A stretch of DNA of 64,000 nucleotides, taken from Acidobacteriaceae bacterium. GTDB lineage: Bacteria; Acidobacteriota; Terriglobia; Terriglobales; Acidobacteriaceae. This document shows positions 1 through 13,214 of the stretch, piece after piece; position 1 is the stretch's first letter, and each line of letters opens with the position of its first letter. The DNA is taken from assembly GCA_049513335.1 (NCBI GenBank), contig JBEKWE010000001.1, forward strand, positions 10,870 through 74,869, in the 5' to 3' direction. Position numbers and translations under genes: made by a program. The notes below the pieces were generated by a model, which did no database searches, was not told the DNA's origin, and saw only the letters and a program-made list of their open reading frames with translations.

Positions 1-169
1 CTCCATCGGTGCAGTGTCGACTCCTATTTTTCGTCGTTCTATCCGCCTGCTAACCTAACCCAGGAAAAACCCACCTCCACCCTTGCATTCCATTCCCACT
101 CATCCCTGTGGCACTGGGTCACACGAATCGAGTCGCATCTCCCAGGTCATTCCCGATACAGGAATAGAA

Positions 170-345
170 AGTCTCAAAGTTATAGCTTTAGACAACTTTT
201 ATGTCAACTACAATTATTATGTTCATAAAAAACATAAAATGACTCAATAAACGTGCAGTTAATGGGAAAAACATTGCGTAAAACAAATATTTTGCTTAAT
301 GTTCGTCTTGCAAAATGATATGGTTCGGCAACAGGAATAACCCAC
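170..345 (+). promoter_or_regulatory. AT-rich promoter/operator region with inverted repeats
   Basis: TTATGTT-N7-AACATAA (217-237) and ATTTTGC-N14-GCAAAAT (289-316) in an AT-rich stretch upstream of the HTH gene. Confidence 0.45.
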
Positions 346-348
346 TCT

Positions 349-1056
349 ATGAATTTTCATGATCTCCACGAGCTTTTACGTCTCGAACTTCTCCGTCGCA
401 TCGAACAGGGCAGCCTCACCGGCACCGTCCTCGCTCGGCAGGCGGGTTTCCGCCAGGCCCACATCTCCAACTTCCTCAACCGAAAGCGCGCCCTCTCCCT
501 CGACGGACTCGACCGCGTCCTCGCCGCGCAGAACCTCACCGTGGATCAGATCATGCCCCTTGAGTTCAGCGCAGCGTCTTCCCCACCGGCGACCGATCCA
601 ATTGAAGCAATCCCTGTTGTCTCGCCCTCAACGGCGATGGACGAAGCACAGATCCGGCCCGGATCGGTCATTGAGACCATTCACGTCTCTGCATCCCGGC
701 TCCAGGACAATCGCGCCCGTCCATCCGTGAAGTGCGCCCACTGGCAGCGCTTCCTCGCCGTGCGCGCCGACGCGCAGCAGACTGCCGCCATGGATCCAAT
801 GATCGCTGCCGGGGCCATCGTCGTCCTGGACCGTCACTACAACTCGCTTGCGCCCTACCGCGCCCAGCAGCTCACCCTCTATGCCGTCCGTTGCGGCACC
901 GGCCTCGTCTTCCGCTATCTCGAATTCGACGATGGAAGGCTCATCCTCCGCCCGCTCTCTCTTGCCTTCCCGGTTCAACTTCTTGCGCTCGAATCTCACG
1001 AAACGTCAGCCGACTTCATCGTCGGCCGTGTCTGTCTCGTCGTCTCTGAGCTTTGA
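349..1056 (+). CDS. XRE-type HTH regulator with C-terminal S24 (LexA/CI-like) domain, catalytic residues apparently lost
   Basis: N-terminal HTH (LARQAGFRQAHISNFLNRKRALS); C-terminal AMDPMIAAGAIVVLD...LILRPLS resembles the S24 fold; AT-rich upstream region. Confidence 0.7.
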   Translation: MNFHDLHELLRLELLRRIEQGSLTGTVLARQAGFRQAHISNFLNRKRALSLDGLDRVLAAQNLTVDQIMPLEFSAASSPPATDPIEAIPVVSPSTAMDEAQIRPGSVIETIHVSASRLQDNRARPSVKCAHWQRFLAVRADAQQTAAMDPMIAAGAIVVLDRHYNSLAPYRAQQLTLYAVRCGTGLVFRYLEFDDGRLILRPLSLAFPVQLLALESHETSADFIVGRVCLVVSEL

Positions 1057-1130
1057 GCCGCCCCCTGCATCGCCCCGGCGAAGAGGTGTTGCCCTTCTCG
1101 TCTCGCCCAAGCGATTGATAAACTGTACAG

Positions 1131-2390
1131 ATGCATTCGGGTCTTTATGGAAAGTGGATGACGGCGTGGGAGACAAAGCTCACAACGCGCGATACGAATC
1201 GAATTGTTAGGCCGCTCGAATGGGGATTTGACTGGCTTACGAACTTCAGCGACGCCTCCTCTTCAGTGCACTTCGAGGCCCCGGCGACGCCCAAGCCGGC
1301 GGAATCCATCTCAGCAGGACCTCCGGCCTCTCCCGCGTCCCAGGATCTCAACCGTATGATCGCCCTGAACGAAGAGATTGTCCGCCGCTCGGATGATTTT
1401 TTCGGCTATGACGTACCGCAGGACTTCCGCCTCGAACACCGCCATCCACAGCTATACCCCACCAACGTCCGCCCGGAGACCCTCGCCCAGGACGCCGAGA
1501 TGAAGCGCCAGGCAGCCGACGGCGTGCTCGACAAGGCAGAGTTCCTGCGATTCACCTCCGCCGTCCGCACTCCCTATCCCGAAAACGACCAGATGAACGC
1601 GAGATGGTACCCGGCGCCCGAGCGCAAGCAATCGGCGGGTCGCACCCCTAGGCCGAAGCAGGCCATCATCGTCTTGCCTCAATGGAACTCCGACGCAATC
1701 AGCCACAACGTGTTCTGCACGCTCTTCAACCGCTTCGGGATCTCTGCCCTGCGCCTCTCCCAGCCTTATCACGACATCCGCCGCCCCGCCGAACTGGAGC
1801 GCTCCGACTACGCCGTCAGCGCCAACATCGGCCGCACCACCGCCTCTTGCCGCCAGGCCGTCGTCGACATCCGCAGTTGCATCGACTGGCTGGAGAGCCA
1901 GGGCTACTCGCATTTCGGCGTCCTTGGAACCAGCCTCGGCTCCTGCTACGCCTTCATCGCCGCAGCCCATGACCCTCGCCTGCGCGTCTGCGCCTTCAAC
2001 CACGCCTCCACCTGGTTCGGCGATGTCGTATGGGAGGGCCAGAGCACCCGCCACGTCCGCACCGCGCTAGCAGACGCAGGCCTCACCCAGAATCAGGTCC
2101 GCCAGTTGTTCCTCGGCGTCAGCCCCATGTCCTACATGCAGCGCTTCGCCTCAACTCCCAAGCGGGTCCTCGTCGTCCACGCCACATACGATCTGACCTT
2201 CCCCCTGCATCTCTCGCTTGAGGTTCTGAAGAAATTTCAGCAGTTCAACATCGACTTCGTCTCCAAGGTGCTTCCCTGCGGCCACTACACCACCGGCGAG
2301 ACCCCCTACAAGTACATCGACGGCTGGTTTCTGGGATCGTTCATCTACCGGGCGTTCAGAGACCTCGCGGAAAGAAACCAGCCTGCCTGA
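1131..2390 (+). CDS. alpha/beta hydrolase (ABHD18/DUF2048-like)
   Basis: GTSLG nucleophile elbow, Asp in HATYD, His in PCGHY. Confidence 0.8.
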   Translation: MHSGLYGKWMTAWETKLTTRDTNRIVRPLEWGFDWLTNFSDASSSVHFEAPATPKPAESISAGPPASPASQDLNRMIALNEEIVRRSDDFFGYDVPQDFRLEHRHPQLYPTNVRPETLAQDAEMKRQAADGVLDKAEFLRFTSAVRTPYPENDQMNARWYPAPERKQSAGRTPRPKQAIIVLPQWNSDAISHNVFCTLFNRFGISALRLSQPYHDIRRPAELERSDYAVSANIGRTTASCRQAVVDIRSCIDWLESQGYSHFGVLGTSLGSCYAFIAAAHDPRLRVCAFNHASTWFGDVVWEGQSTRHVRTALADAGLTQNQVRQLFLGVSPMSYMQRFASTPKRVLVVHATYDLTFPLHLSLEVLKKFQQFNIDFVSKVLPCGHYTTGETPYKYIDGWFLGSFIYRAFRDLAERNQPA

Positions 2391-2430
2391 ACTCTTTCCG
2401 CCGCGCCGAGATTGTCGTAAAATTAATCCC

Positions 2431-2493
2431 ATGGCCCGTGTACCCAGGACGAAGCGCTTCCGTCTCGGCCGCCGCGACCGCGGCCGCTCGTAG
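2431..2493 (+). CDS. putative leaderless Arg-rich leader peptide MARVPRTKRFRLGRRDRGRS upstream of acnA
   Basis: TAAAAT at 2418-2423 lies 7 nt before the ATG; 8 of 20 codons are Arg; stop lies about 175 nt before acnA. Confidence 0.4.
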   Translation: MARVPRTKRFRLGRRDRGRS

Positions 2494-2667
2494 TCCTGTT
2501 CGCGTCGCGCTGTAGAGCCGCCGCCAGCCACCCCGCCCCATTATTTGATACGCTCTCCTCGTCCCGCCGATTTGCGTCCCTTCAGTTTCCAGACGCACTC
2601 CGGCCCTGAACTCGCGCACGGTACTCCCCTTCGAGCCCGCGCTGCCTTTAGAAAAATGGAGAAATCG

Positions 2668-5514
<2,847 letters not shown>

Positions 5515-5535
5515 TACTTCCTCCACCCAAGATTT

Positions 5536-5566
5536 GAGGTCGCCTTATAGGGCGACCTCTTCTTCT
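5536..5566 (+). terminator. intrinsic terminator between convergent acnA and cupin genes
   Basis: GAGGTCGCC-TTATAG-GGCGACCTC hairpin followed by TTCTTCT. Confidence 0.7.
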
Positions 5567-5586
5567 ATGGCGACTATATCGTCGAG

Positions 5587-6141
5587 CTAACTAGCCACAA
5601 TCGGCGGCCCTACATACTGCATGTCGTACTTCGCGAACAGTGCCGCATCCATCTTCGGCCCGTTGGCCACTGCAGCCTCGCGGAAGAATGCCTCCATCTT
5701 CCCCGCTGGCGAGAAAGCAATCAGCATATGCGCCGGCTTCGCGCCCACGCCCACGAACCCATGCGCGATCCCGCGCGGCCCCAGCAGCGACTCGCCCGCG
5801 CGAAGCTGTCTCCGGCTCTCCCCCACCTGAAACAGCACCTCACCCTCCATCACGTAGAACCACTCCTCCTGGTGCAGATGGAAGTGCATCGGCGGGCCGC
5901 CCTTGCCCAGGTTTTTATGTTCAATCACAAACAATCCGCCATTCGTCTCTCGCGGCAGCACCTTGAACAAAATCGTGCTGAAGCCCAGCGAGTGCGTCTC
6001 GCCCAAGCGGTCCTGACCCGACTCTACTGGATGGATTTCACCCGTCCCCGCAGTCGCGGCTGTCTGACCGAGCGCAAATACATTGAACCCGGCGACTGGA
6101 AACGCCGCAGCCGCACTCTTCAGAAACGAACGTCGCTTCAT
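5587..6141 (-). CDS. Tat-exported cupin domain protein
   Basis: MKRRSFLK twin-arginine signal; PPMHFHLHQEEWFYVMEGE and PRGIAHGF cupin motifs. Confidence 0.85.
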   Translation of the reverse strand: MKRRSFLKSAAAAFPVAGFNVFALGQTAATAGTGEIHPVESGQDRLGETHSLGFSTILFKVLPRETNGGLFVIEHKNLGKGGPPMHFHLHQEEWFYVMEGEVLFQVGESRRQLRAGESLLGPRGIAHGFVGVGAKPAHMLIAFSPAGKMEAFFREAAVANGPKMDAALFAKYDMQYVGPPIVAS

Positions 6142-6206
6142 GTGAATCTCCTTGATAAAGAACTACACCTGTCCCGCGGATCGCATCCATCCAACGCAGC
6201 AATAAT

Positions 6207-7190
6207 CTAGAGCAGCGATATTCCGCTCAGTTGCTCGCACTCGTTCCACAGCCGCGCCGCTGCTGCCTGGTCGAGCGCCTGAGCGGCCACCTTTGCCACT
6301 CCCACATCGCCTCCGCGCATCTCCAGCAGGCCCTGCGGCCCGTAGTACCCGCCATCCACCACATCCGGCGAGGTCGCCGCAAACAGCGTCGGCGCCGCTC
6401 CCTCCGCCTCCGTGTTCAGCAGCGCGCCGATCGCCACGCCCAGCCCCCGCCGCACCAGCCTCTCCACCGCCGAAAACTCCCCCGCCTGAAACAGGTTCGT
6501 ATTGGCCACGCCCGGGTGCGCCGCCACGCTCATCACGCGGCATATCGGCGGCTCGGCAGCGCGCAGCCGCCGCCCCAGCTCGAACGCCAGCATCAGGTCG
6601 GCCAGCTTCGACTGCCGGTACGAGGCCATCGGTCCATAGCTCTTCGCCGACTGCAGATCGTCGAACTCCAGCCGTCCCTGCTTGTGCGCAATCGAGGCCA
6701 GCGTCACCACGCGCGGCCTCTGCGGGTGGTTCACAGACGCGCGCACCAGCGCCGGCAGCAGCACCGCCGTCAGCACAAAATGGCCCAGCACATTGGTCCC
6801 AAACTGAATCTCGAATCCGTCCCTCGTCTGCAGCCGCTTCTTGGGGGCCATCACGCCCGCGTTATTAATCAGCAGGTCGAGCGGCTTGCCCAGCGCAAGC
6901 TCTGACGCACCGAACGCGCACACCGACTCCAGCGACGCCAGGTCCAGCAGCACCACCTCCGCGCTCGCCGCCGGAACCTCGTCGCGCAGCCGCTCCAGCG
7001 CCGCATCGCCTTTGGCCTTGTCCCGGCACGCCAGCAACACATGCGCTCCCTTGCGCGCCAGCTCCAGCGCCGCATGGTAGCCGATCCCGCTGTTCGCCCC
7101 GGTAATCAGCGCCCGCCGCCCTGCCTGGCTGGGAATCTCCGCTGCCGTCCATCCGCTGCCCACCGCATTGCCCTCACCTGTTTCGCTCAT
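6207..7190 (-). CDS. short-chain dehydrogenase/reductase (retinol dehydrogenase-like)
   Basis: TGANSGIG, NNAGVM, YRQSK, HPG; start chosen at ATG 7190. Confidence 0.9.
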   Translation of the reverse strand: MSETGEGNAVGSGWTAAEIPSQAGRRALITGANSGIGYHAALELARKGAHVLLACRDKAKGDAALERLRDEVPAASAEVVLLDLASLESVCAFGASELALGKPLDLLINNAGVMAPKKRLQTRDGFEIQFGTNVLGHFVLTAVLLPALVRASVNHPQRPRVVTLASIAHKQGRLEFDDLQSAKSYGPMASYRQSKLADLMLAFELGRRLRAAEPPICRVMSVAAHPGVANTNLFQAGEFSAVERLVRRGLGVAIGALLNTEAEGAAPTLFAATSPDVVDGGYYGPQGLLEMRGGDVGVAKVAAQALDQAAAARLWNECEQLSGISLL

Positions 7191-7266
7191 GCCGCCATTA
7201 AACCACGAACAGATGAAAAGCAACCGTTGCATCCATCTCCACTCCGTTCACGATAAAGTAGACCAC

Positions 7267-7926
7267 ATGGGCCTTTTCAAAAAGAAGATCAAGCAGGAGC
7301 ACAAGGTCATGCTCCAGCACGAGCGCTCCGCCGGGGCCGTGCAGCCGGAGTATCACCGCGCCACCCCGGAGTGTCCCCAGCCCCAGCGCTGGAGCATGAT
7401 CGACTCGATGACCGCCGAGGTCGAGGTCCTCGAGTTCATCGCCACCCTCGTCACCACCCTCAAACCCCGCCTCGTCGTCGAGACCGGCTCCTTCCTCGGA
7501 GTCTCCACCGAGTGGATCGCCAGCGGACTCGAGCGCAACGGCCCGCTCCCCGACGGCACCCCGTCCCGCGTCATCAGTTGCGAGTTCGATCCCATCGTCT
7601 ACGCCAAGGCCAAGTCCCGCATCGAAGCCTCGCCGCTCGCCCCCTGGATCGAGCTGCGCAATGAGTCCAGCCTGGAGATGCAAGTCGACGGAACCATCGA
7701 CCTCTTCTTCTCCGACTCCGACCTCGACATCCGCGAGGCCGAGGTCAAGCGCTTTCTCCCCCAGATCAACCCCCACGGCATCATCCTCATGCATGATGCC
7801 AGCTCCCACCTCAAGACCGTCCGCGCCGCCGCCCTCAAGATGGAGTCCGAGGGCCTCATCTCGGTTGTCCTCCTCCCCACCCCTCGCGGCCTCGTCATCG
7901 CCCAGCCCCGCGCCAACCGCACCTAA
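7267..7926 (+). CDS. class I SAM-dependent methyltransferase (Methyltransf_24-like)
   Basis: VVETGSFLGVST, IDLFFSDS, GIILMHD. Confidence 0.8.
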   Translation: MGLFKKKIKQEHKVMLQHERSAGAVQPEYHRATPECPQPQRWSMIDSMTAEVEVLEFIATLVTTLKPRLVVETGSFLGVSTEWIASGLERNGPLPDGTPSRVISCEFDPIVYAKAKSRIEASPLAPWIELRNESSLEMQVDGTIDLFFSDSDLDIREAEVKRFLPQINPHGIILMHDASSHLKTVRAAALKMESEGLISVVLLPTPRGLVIAQPRANRT

Positions 7927-7955
7927 CCAACTCGACGGATGGAGAGGATCTCACA

Positions 7956-9269
7956 ATGAAGGTTCTGGTAATCGGTGGTGGCGGACGCGAGCACGCGATC
8001 GTCTGGGCATTATCCAAGTCCGCGCGAGTGACCGAGATCGTCTGCGCGCCGGGAAACGCGGGCATCGCACAATCCGCCCGCTGCGTCGCGGTCAATACAG
8101 GCGACCTCGCCGCCATACTGCGCGTCGTCGAGTCCGAACGGCCCGCGCTCACCGTCGTCGGTCCCGAGCTTCCCCTCTCCCTCGGTCTCGTCGACGAGCT
8201 TTTCCGCCTCGGCCTGCGCGTCTTCGGCCCCACGCAGTCCGCCGCACGTCTGGAAACAAGCAAGTCCTTCGCCAAGGAGTTCATGCAGCGTCACGCAATC
8301 CCCACCGCCGCCTACGCCGTCTGTCGTTCGCTCGACGACGTTCGCCGCCAGCTTCCCCGCTTTGCCGCATCCGTCGTAGTCAAGGCCGACGGTCTCGCCG
8401 CAGGCAAGGGCGTAGTCATCTGCCAATCCCACGCCGAGGCCGAGCAGGCTGCAACAGAGATATTCTCCGGCACACTGCTCGGCACAGCCGAGAAGGAGCT
8501 CGTCCTCGAAGAGTTTCTCGACGGTGAAGAGCTCTCCTTCTTCGCCCTCTGCGACGGCAAGCACGCCGTAACACTGGCCGCCGCGCAGGACCACAAGCGC
8601 ATTGGCGAGGGAGACACCGGCCCCAACACTGGAGGCATGGGGGCCTACACCGCGGACGGCCTGATGAGCGCCGAACTGGAGCAGTGGCTGCTACAAAACG
8701 TAGCCCAGCCGGTCGTCGATCAGATGGCCCGCGAGGGCACTCCCTTCCACGGCGTCCTCTTCTGCGGCATGATGATGGCCCGCCAGTCCGACGGCTCAAT
8801 CCGCCCCATGGTCCTCGAGTTCAACGCCCGCTTCGGCGACCCCGAGACCGAAGCCATCCTCGTCCGTCTCGAGAGCGACATTGTCGATCTCTTCGACGCC
8901 GCCATCGATGGGACTGCAAACAGGCTTGTAATTCAGATGCGGCCGGGGGCAAGCGTCTGCGTCATCGCCGCCAGCGCAGGCTATCCCGGCAAGGTTGTCT
9001 CCGGGGCACCCATCGCGGGACTCGACTCGGTGCATGACCCCGACATGGTGGTCTTCCACTCCGGCACGGCCATGAAAGATGGCGCCATCGTCACTGCGGG
9101 CGGACGCGTTCTCGGCGTCACCGCGGTCTCCGGCTCCAGCTCCTCTGCATCGACCTCGGCGCTACAGGACGCCCTCAGCAAAGCCTACAGGGCACTCAGC
9201 GGAATCTCCTTCGAAGGAATGCAGTTCCGCCGCGACATCGGTTGGCGCGCGCTGCGCGTCGGCCTGTGA
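7956..9269 (+). CDS. purD: phosphoribosylamine--glycine ligase
   Basis: MKVLVIGGGGREHA, VKADGLAAGKGV, QDHKRIGEGDTGPNTGGMGAY, EFNARFGDPE. Confidence 0.97.
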   Translation: MKVLVIGGGGREHAIVWALSKSARVTEIVCAPGNAGIAQSARCVAVNTGDLAAILRVVESERPALTVVGPELPLSLGLVDELFRLGLRVFGPTQSAARLETSKSFAKEFMQRHAIPTAAYAVCRSLDDVRRQLPRFAASVVVKADGLAAGKGVVICQSHAEAEQAATEIFSGTLLGTAEKELVLEEFLDGEELSFFALCDGKHAVTLAAAQDHKRIGEGDTGPNTGGMGAYTADGLMSAELEQWLLQNVAQPVVDQMAREGTPFHGVLFCGMMMARQSDGSIRPMVLEFNARFGDPETEAILVRLESDIVDLFDAAIDGTANRLVIQMRPGASVCVIAASAGYPGKVVSGAPIAGLDSVHDPDMVVFHSGTAMKDGAIVTAGGRVLGVTAVSGSSSSASTSALQDALSKAYRALSGISFEGMQFRRDIGWRALRVGL

Positions 9270-9329
9270 GGAGCGACCGGATGCATCGAAGCGCGCAGTG
9301 GTGCATCTGATCAGCCGGGGTGAAATGCA

Positions 9330-10025
9330 ATGGTAACCATACGGCCTGCCGCCGAGCGCGGGCATGCCAACCACGGCTGGCTCGACTCCAGCTTCAGTTT
9401 CTCGTTTGACGAGTACTACGATCCTGCGCACATGGGCTTCCGCGCGCTGCGCGTCATCAACGAGGACCGCGTCGCGCCCGCAATGGGTTTCCCCAAGCAC
9501 CCGCACCGCGACATGGAGATCCTTACCTACGTCCTCGAAGGCGCGGTGAAGCATGAGGACTCGACCGGCGCAAGCGAGACGCTGGTCCCCGGCGAACTCC
9601 AGCATATGTCGGCGGGCACTGGCGTGCGCCACAGTGAGATGAACCCCTCGGACTCCGAGACACTCCACCTGCTCCAGATATGGCTCCTTCCGAACCAACT
9701 GGGCATCCCGCCGAAGTACGAACAGAAGCGTTTCACTGTGCAGGACGAGCCAAGCAAACTGCATCTGCTCGCCTCGACCGACGCGCGCGACGGCTCGTTC
9801 AAGATTTACTCCGACGCGGAGATGCTGGCGGCGAAGCTCGACGCAGGCGGCTCTGTCAGCCACGCCTTCAAGTTCGGCAACGGCTGGCTGCAGGTGGCGC
9901 GCGGCGCCGTCTCGGTGGCCGGAGGAACGCTCCATGCGGGCGATGGCCTCGCTCTCGAGGGCGAACCCTCCATCACCATCGCCAGCGAATCCGGCGCGGA
10001 GTTCCTGCTCTTCGACCTGGCGTAA
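9330..10025 (+). CDS. pirin family protein (YhhW-like)
   Basis: RGHANHGWLDS, LRVINEDRV, HPHRDMEILTY, GVRHSEMN. Confidence 0.92.
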   Translation: MVTIRPAAERGHANHGWLDSSFSFSFDEYYDPAHMGFRALRVINEDRVAPAMGFPKHPHRDMEILTYVLEGAVKHEDSTGASETLVPGELQHMSAGTGVRHSEMNPSDSETLHLLQIWLLPNQLGIPPKYEQKRFTVQDEPSKLHLLASTDARDGSFKIYSDAEMLAAKLDAGGSVSHAFKFGNGWLQVARGAVSVAGGTLHAGDGLALEGEPSITIASESGAEFLLFDLA

Positions 10026-10057
10026 GGGTCGCCACAGACGGCTCGCAGGTGGCCAAC

Positions 10058-10945
10058 TCAGTCGATTACGCGACGCATGAATCCACGGATGCCGAACCAG
10101 GTGAGCACCGCGAACGAGCAGGCGAGCATCGCCAGAATGAGCCACGGATTCATGTGGTGCAGCCCGGGCGTGAGCGCGGCGCGCAGGCCCTCGCTCATAT
10201 AGACGATTGGGTTGATCAACACCCCATACTGTAGCCACGGGATCGCCTTCAACGCGGCCCACGGATAGTAGACGCATCCAAGGAAGGTGATGGGCATGAC
10301 GACGACGCCGAAGATCAGCCCGATCTGCTGCGGCCGTACGCTGGTGCCGATCACCAGGCCAAGCGCCCCCGAGGTGAGGCTGGCCAGCAAGAGTACGGCG
10401 ATCAGGAACGCCCAGCTATTGACGTGCGCGTAGACCGGAGTCGCGGGCATGTAGTAGGCAAGCGGAAAGACCACCCCCGCCGCAATCATGCTCTGCACCG
10501 CGGAGAAGGAGATCTTCTCGATGGCGACAGCGGCGACCGGCAGGGGACACATCACGCGGTCGTCAATCTCGCGCGTGATGCCGAACTCCTGCGCCAGCGG
10601 CAGCGCCACCGCCGCGATCCCCGAAAACATGATGGCGACCGCCATCAGTCCAGGCAGCAGAACGGTGGAGAAGTTGGCACCGGCGGCGCTGACCATCGAG
10701 GCTGTGGGGTTCATCGCCGCGCCGCCGCTCATGTGCGGCATGATGAAGGTGAAGACGAAGAGGAAGAGCAGTGGGTTCATAATGACGCGCACCAGGAACG
10801 GGACCATCTCGCGCCGCAGCGCATGCAGATCGCGCAGAAATAGCCCCGAGAAGGCGCGGGCGTACAGCACACCCACGGACGCAACGGGCCGATGCTCCGG
10901 TTCCGGCTGATAGATCGCGTCGATCTCAGATTGCAGTGCTGCCAT
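10058..10945 (-). CDS. ABC-2 type transporter permease
   Basis: Six hydrophobic segments, LINPIVYMSEGLRA; downstream of ABC ATPase. Confidence 0.9.
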   Translation of the reverse strand: MAALQSEIDAIYQPEPEHRPVASVGVLYARAFSGLFLRDLHALRREMVPFLVRVIMNPLLFLFVFTFIMPHMSGGAAMNPTASMVSAAGANFSTVLLPGLMAVAIMFSGIAAVALPLAQEFGITREIDDRVMCPLPVAAVAIEKISFSAVQSMIAAGVVFPLAYYMPATPVYAHVNSWAFLIAVLLLASLTSGALGLVIGTSVRPQQIGLIFGVVVMPITFLGCVYYPWAALKAIPWLQYGVLINPIVYMSEGLRAALTPGLHHMNPWLILAMLACSFAVLTWFGIRGFMRRVID

Positions 10946-10965
10946 GAGCTTCTACTCCCGCAGTT

Positions 10966-11925
<960 letters not shown>

Positions 11926-12068
11926 TCAATTTAATCGATCTCGCCTGATTCGATTATAGGCACCCGCGCGCCTGGGCCACCACGCAGAGGTGCCGGTTGA
12001 ACCGGTACCAAGCAGGTCGATCACACCAGGACCGAATGCAATCTTGCGGGTCGGCGTAAAATTAACCC

Positions 12069-12317
12069 ATGTCACAGGGATTGGAAAGCAAATCCGTAGA
12101 AAAGCAGCAAATGCAGACCCCGGCACCCCGGCAAGACAAAGCAGTCGCCCAGGCGCACGAGGCCGAGCGCAAGCGGCAACGCCAGGCACTCGAACTCCAG
12201 CGCGAACGCATCCTCTCCGAGCGCACCGCCAGCCCGCACCGGCGCACCGCACTGGCCAACGCGCTGGCCGACATCGAGGAAAAACTCGCCGAACTCGGCT
12301 GGACCATCCACCTGTGA
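12069..12317 (+). CDS. small coiled-coil hypothetical protein
   Basis: Coherent helical ORF; TAAAAT 6 nt before ATG. Confidence 0.7.
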   Translation: MSQGLESKSVEKQQMQTPAPRQDKAVAQAHEAERKRQRQALELQRERILSERTASPHRRTALANALADIEEKLAELGWTIHL

Positions 12318-12345
12318 GCGCTTAGCGACGATCCCTCAGAAGCGC

Positions 12346-13119
12346 TCAACTGTGCCGGTGAAAGACTGTCGAGTTCGCTTGGTCGATTGTGGTCAGCACA
12401 ATAGTGTGAATGTTCACATGGGCCGGCCTGCTAGCCGCCCAGACGATCGCATCCGCGATGTCCTCCGGCTTGAGCGGCGTGATCTTCTCGTAGACCTTCG
12501 CCGCGCGCTCCTCATCGCCGCAAAACCGCACCCGGCTGAACTCCGTCTCCACCATCCCCGGATCGACCGACGTAACTCGCACCGCAGTGCCCATCAGATC
12601 GATCTTTAGCCCCTCGCTGATGGCCCTCTCTGCGGCCTTCGTCGCGCAGTAAACCGCCCCGTTCGCATACGTGATGTACCCTGCGGTTGAGCCTATGTTG
12701 ATCACATGTCCCGCTCCCCGCGCCACCATTCCGGGAACCACCGCTCGGGTGACCGCGAGCAGCCCCTTCACGTTGGTGTCGATCATCTCGTCCCAGTTCT
12801 CCGGGTCGTCCTCGTGAAGCTTCGTGAGTCCCCGACACAGCCCTGCATTGTTGACCAGAACGTCGATGGCTTTCCAATCCTCCGGCAGGCCCGCGATGGC
12901 CGCATCGACTGCTGCACGATCGCGCACATCCAGCCGGAAGAGCAAGACTGCCGCTGCGCCCGCCTCCATCAACGGCGCTTCCAGTTCCCGCAACAGCTCC
13001 AGACGACGCGCACACAGCAGAAGCCGTGCCCCGGCGCCGGCAAACGCAAACGCCGTAGCCCGGCCAATTCCCGAACTCGCCCCGGTAATCAGTACAACCT
13101 TGCCTTCGAGAGATCTCAT
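12346..13119 (-). CDS. NADP-dependent SDR oxidoreductase (YdfG-like)
   Basis: TGASSGIG, NNAG, YCATK, DPGMVETEFS, RPAHVNI. Confidence 0.92.
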   Translation of the reverse strand: MRSLEGKVVLITGASSGIGRATAFAFAGAGARLLLCARRLELLRELEAPLMEAGAAAVLLFRLDVRDRAAVDAAIAGLPEDWKAIDVLVNNAGLCRGLTKLHEDDPENWDEMIDTNVKGLLAVTRAVVPGMVARGAGHVINIGSTAGYITYANGAVYCATKAAERAISEGLKIDLMGTAVRVTSVDPGMVETEFSRVRFCGDEERAAKVYEKITPLKPEDIADAIVWAASRPAHVNIHTIVLTTIDQANSTVFHRHS

Positions 13120-13151
13120 CCTTCTCTTATAAACCCATGCTCGCCGTTCCA

Positions 13152-13184
13152 TAAAAATAGAGAGGGCCGCACGAAGCGACCCTC
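13152..13184 (-). terminator. intrinsic terminator downstream of OmpA-family gene
   Basis: Minus strand AGAGGGTCGC-TTCGT-GCGGCCCTCT then CTATTTT. Confidence 0.65.
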
Positions 13185-13214
13185 TGGATGGAAGACGACG
13201 ATTTATTGAAGCCG

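Noticed and set aside
349-1056. Prophage immunity region or canonical lexA
   Set aside because: No phage genes downstream, and the catalytic dyad appears absent; sequence upstream of the window is unseen.
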